Assembly: GCA_001603845.1 (NCBI GenBank)
Contig: LUZZ01000012.1
Coordinates: 1 to 54,072, forward strand
Source: Syntrophobacterales bacterium Delta_01
Lineage (GTDB): Bacteria > Desulfobacterota > Syntrophobacteria > Syntrophobacterales > Syntrophobacteraceae
Reading direction: 5' to 3'
Length of the DNA stretch: 54,072 bases
Positions 50,614 through 54,072 of the stretch are shown here, one piece after another. A model generated the notes under the pieces. That model was not told the origin of the DNA. It was given only the letters and a program-made list of their open reading frames with translations, and searched no databases. Positions within the stretch are counted from its first letter, which is position 1. Every line of letters begins with the position of its first letter. Both the position numbers and the translations under genes were made by a program.

Positions 50614-52383
50614 AACGGCCTGTCCGTAAAATGTTCCATTCCTCTCCGGTTCGGGAGCACAGTTCAGTCCCCAAAGGCTGCAGCATTTCTTCCGCGCAAC
50701 TTCAGAAAGAACTCCTGCCGGTCCGGAAAGTATGGATCAAAATGGATATTTATATGGAAGACATTCCATATTTTTCTTTTCACATGTGCGATAAAACTTC
50801 TTGCCCCTCCGAGTAACTGCCGACATTTCGACAGCCAGTCAAGTATACATAACCGCACTGAGGACATGTCGCAACTGGTAAAAATGATTGAACCTACCGA
50901 CTTCTGCGCAACATTCTCAATGAAGAGATTACAATAATAGGTTTTCACACTCGATCCACGCGTTCTACTCGACTCCGGAGACGAAATGATGAAGACTTTG
51001 GAGGGAACCGAGAGGACTATTCGATATAACCATTCGTTATTACTGCAACTTATTCCTAAATAAATCATCCCGAAATTGTTGTGATGATGGAAGCCGCCAA
51101 GGAGTAGTCAGGTGAGTTACTCTACAGATGGTCCAGGTGTTCTTGAAGATTTAACCGATTTGTCACCTTTCTGTCATATTTTTACCATGAATGTCTTTGA
51201 GTAACCCTTAATAGATCACCTGGCCTCCGCTAATATCAATCAAATGGGAACTTTGCTGCCCCAAACGGAGGACAGCGCCTCCGGATAACACGTTGTTTTG
51301 TTATTGAGAAAAATCGGACAAGGGATTGGGGGATGAAAAAGGGCCTGGTGCCATTATTTGCCTTCTTTATGTTTTGGGGCTTTCAGCGGTTGCCGACGCC
51401 TATTTCGACAAGGTCGGTACCGAGAGCCGTGACGGCAATAATGACGGCATAGGACCGGGCGCGGTTTGTCGGTAACCCTCAATGCGGGCCAGCCCTGAAT
51501 CAGCGACCGACCTAAAACGGGGGAGTCAATTATGGAGACCACGCAGGAGGAATCAGGGAGTAAATCCACGCCGGGAATTCGGCTTACGGCACCCGAAGTC
51601 GGCACAAACGAGTTGCCCGCCCCCAAAACGGAGACCCGGCCTCGTCACTGACCCCGTCACCAATGGCCGGAGCCGATAATCCCAATCAGTTCTTCGTGTT
51701 TTCTTTCGACGAAACCGACCTTCCGGGCTTCGTCCCCCAGCAGTTCAAGTCTTGCTGCCAGTGGGGAGGCTGGGGCCCCCACTGAACCGAGTGATCCGTT
51801 TTCAAAAGCTTTGCCCATATAGTTTTTCTTAGGAGGGGCCGAAGGATCGACCCCTCTTATTTTTCAAGGTCGGCTGAGCATGCCGAGCCCGTTGAATTCG
51901 GTTGCCTGAGCCTTCGGGCGCCCCGCTCTTCGCCGGAGAGCCGTCCGATCATCCGCATGGCTGTCTCGCGTTCGCAGGTCCCTGCCACTTGAAGAAATAC
52001 TGCATGTGCTCACGAAAAGGAGGCTATCAGGGGCGTTGACTAACCATCTTTCAGGCAGGAGTCTTGCCGAAATTTCCACTCGGAGTGCTCATTTCCCCTA
52101 CTGTAGATACCCTCCGGCCGAGCCCAATGTTGTTGGCTTTAGGCTCCTCCCCCTTTGATGGGGGAGGCCGGGTGGGGGTGAAAAACTGAGCGATATCAAC
52201 TTCCTGCCCCTCACACCAATGGAGGGGAGTTCATGGAGCGTCGTCCCTAAAGTCAACAGCATTGCCGGCCGAGCCGGGGTATCTGACCTGTCCGCGGTTC
52301 GCGGTATCATGAGCGAAGTTCGGAGGGTTCTTCAACCACCCCACGATGAGTTTGGCTTTATCTCAAAAAGGTCTGGAGTTCCG

Positions 52384-53259
52384 TCACTTCGTGCCGGGCA
52401 TGGGCACAATGTCAACCTCGGGTCGGACGACAGGCGCATTAGTGTGATGACCATCGCCAAACCGATCTTCTGCTTGCGACACCTGTTTTCCGAGCATTTC
52501 CTGCCCTGGGCTGGGCGGTAATCGACTCAATAATGTCCTTGCGCTTTCAATGTGCTGGGTCGCCAGATCCTTGCGGCCGACGGTGTACTCCGAGCCAGCC
52601 CAACTCAACTCTGTCCATATGTTTGTCGAGGTTTTTGTATAAAGGTCGTACCCAGGATATTTTGAGAAGACGTTTAAGGCTTTCTGATATTCAACACGGC
52701 CAGACTCAGGTTGGCCCTGAATAAAGCGCAGAGTGGCCGTCGAACGCAACGCCGATATTTCGGTGTTGAAATCTTTGGCAGTCTGGTTCGAGTACTCGAA
52801 GAATTCGCCTGCAGCCGCCGTATCATACGCATTCTGGAGAGCCAGGCCAATCGCATAATATTCAATGGCCGACACCGAATCACTCGGCAACTTCTTGGCT
52901 AATTCCGCTGCCTGCCTAGCCAACAGCGTATTTTCCTGATTGATGTATCCGCTCACGAGGCCCATTACGGCCGGGTCGTCTGCGTACCTTCTCTGGATAT
53001 CCACATTCTCCTTGGGCAGCGACGCCAACCTTTGGAGGAGACCCCTAAGTTCTTGTCGCAGAGACTGAACGTCCTGGACTGCGGTTCGCCGGTAGGAAAC
53101 ATACGTGGTACCAAAAGAGAACAATAGCGCCACCGCAGCCAGTATCGTCGATACGTTCCTGTACCAAGGCTTGCTCTGTCCGGCGATGGAGACCTGCATA
53201 GCATCGATCTCCCCTTTCATCTGATTCACTTTTTGCTCCAGTTCCTCTATCGTATCCAT
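52384..53259 (-). CDS. hypothetical membrane-anchored protein (coiled-coil N-terminus, one TM helix, helical-repeat C-domain)
   Basis: 291-aa ORF in the AT-richer terminal region. TM candidate NVSTILAAVALLFSFGTTYVSY. No recognisable family. Confidence 0.5.
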   Translation of the reverse strand: MDTIEELEQKVNQMKGEIDAMQVSIAGQSKPWYRNVSTILAAVALLFSFGTTYVSYRRTAVQDVQSLRQELRGLLQRLASLPKENVDIQRRYADDPAVMGLVSGYINQENTLLARQAAELAKKLPSDSVSAIEYYAIGLALQNAYDTAAAGEFFEYSNQTAKDFNTEISALRSTATLRFIQGQPESGRVEYQKALNVFSKYPGYDLYTKTSTNIWTELSWAGSEYTVGRKDLATQHIESARTLLSRLPPSPGQEMLGKQVSQAEDRFGDGHHTNAPVVRPEVDIVPMPGTK

Positions 53260-53826
53260 ATCCGCTCCTCTGAATTGAAAAACTCATTGACAAAGGTCAG
53301 TAGAAACCAACACCGGTTAGACCCAATGAAAGAACCACGCTCGCAGAGTCAGGCGCCCTTCAGTTCGGCGGATGGACTAATGTCTAGCGCAACAACCTAA
53401 ATTGGAATTCTGGAGAGTATCTTTTTGCAGTTTGAAGATCTCCTGGAGATGTCCATTGCACCAGCTTTCCCTCAATCTTACTATTATTTCATCATCGCTA
53501 ACCACGGCATGGATATTCGATCGGCATTGGTAGAGCAGTGCAGTTTAAAACAGTATAGAGTAGATCTCCGGCAAGTCAAGTTAAATACAGATTGCGAAAT
53601 GAACCCGATTGCCGCATCTTCGAGCAGGCAGTGTCCAACGTGATTAGATTCTGAGTTAAAAATGAAGGGGTCAAAAAGATTTGATAATCTAAAAGCCCCG
53701 CCCTCTCAAATGCTTCCGGTAACGCAGGCGATACTAAAATTGACGTGTTGCTTAAGGGCTGGAGATATGATCAGTATGGACCGGTACGAATATGTCCGGG
53801 GGGGGGCGAGGGCCAATACTGTTGAC

Positions 53827-54014
53827 TTAGGGCTTGTTCGTAAATAAAACCTTTGGGCTCGCATCCGGCTTTTGGCCTGCTTTTGCCGCTCCTCAACCGC
53901 AAAATCCTCGACGTAGCCCCAGGCTACGCCTGCGGTTTTGCTCAATCGTCGCGACCAAATCAGTCTCAAAATCCGGCGCGATCCCGAAAAGGCTTATTTA
54001 CGGACAAGCCCTTA
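53827..54014. repeat. ~188-bp long imperfect palindrome with ~21-bp terminal inverted repeats (MITE/REP-like)
   Basis: Left end ttagggcttgttcgtaaataa (53827-53847). Right end ttatttacggacaagccctta (53994-54014). The arms align along most of their length around a central gtagcc-ccag-gctac hairpin. Confidence 0.55.
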
Positions 54015-54072
54015 GCCCGCATTATTCATGAGGTTTTGGGCCGGTGAGCCGAAATCCAAGTATAGACGGTAT

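Noticed and set aside
50656-50672. Possible second sigma-54 promoter (gGGgactgaactgTGCt on the minus strand) ~45 nt upstream of the first locus ORF.
   Set aside because: Only the GG/GC spacing and a few flanking bases match. It is too weak to call without a PWM score or transcript mapping.
50664-51068. 134-aa ORF(-) and other 60-100-aa ORFs in 50.6-52.4 kb and 53.4-54.05 kb.
   Set aside because: There are no SD or start context and no motifs. The composition is AT-rich with odd amino-acid usage (Cys/Ser/Ile-rich). These are most likely non-coding or decayed sequence.

Overview
High-GC bacterial chromosomal window. The gene content (hdrCBA plus Flx-like genes, acyl-CoA/acetoacetate metabolism, sigma-54 regulation) suggests an anaerobic Desulfobacterota/deltaproteobacterium-like host, but this is inference only. 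1-22.9 kb is mostly housekeeping: partial tRNA-Val, the conserved thrS-infC-rpmI-rplT-pheS-pheT string followed by a PilZ gene, mntP, a PurS::PurL fusion, purE, NUDIX hydrolase, secreted SNase-type nuclease, OmpA-type lipoprotein, an RsmG::SpoU methyltransferase fusion, RluA, MgtC, acyl-CoA dehydrogenase, SagB-type nitroreductase, acetoacetyl-CoA synthetase, isochorismatase and tRNA-Arg(CCT). 23.6-30.4 kb holds hdrC-hdrB-hdrA followed by an MvhD::FeS fusion, an FeS protein and a PyrK/AsrB-like flavoprotein (Flx-like module). 31.1-33.9 kb holds a TetR regulator and squalene-hopene cyclase. The stand-out is at 34.35-50.6 kb: a ~16 kb, 22-ORF, all-minus-strand gas-vesicle (gvp) locus. It contains gvpA, a GvpC-like repeat protein, gvpN, three GvpF/L paralogues, gvpG, gvpK, gvpJ and a gvpS-like gene, plus a regulatory/chaperone half (REC-sigma54 activator, Hsp20, Cdc48-type AAA+, PAS histidine kinase, stand-alone REC). 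Several members are not part of any gvp set I know: a fused tandem Get3/ArsA-type ATPase carrying Get3-like CxxC motifs, a six-repeat DnaJ-CR-type zinc-finger protein translationally coupled to gvpN, a zinc-ribbon miniprotein, two other small ORFs, and a TraB/Tiki-like first gene. A good sigma-54 -24/-12 element precedes gvpA. The last ~3.5 kb looks AT-richer (by eye), gene-poor and repeat-rich. Several families of structured intergenic repeats are scattered through the window. I saw no CRISPR array, rRNA, transposase or integrase.
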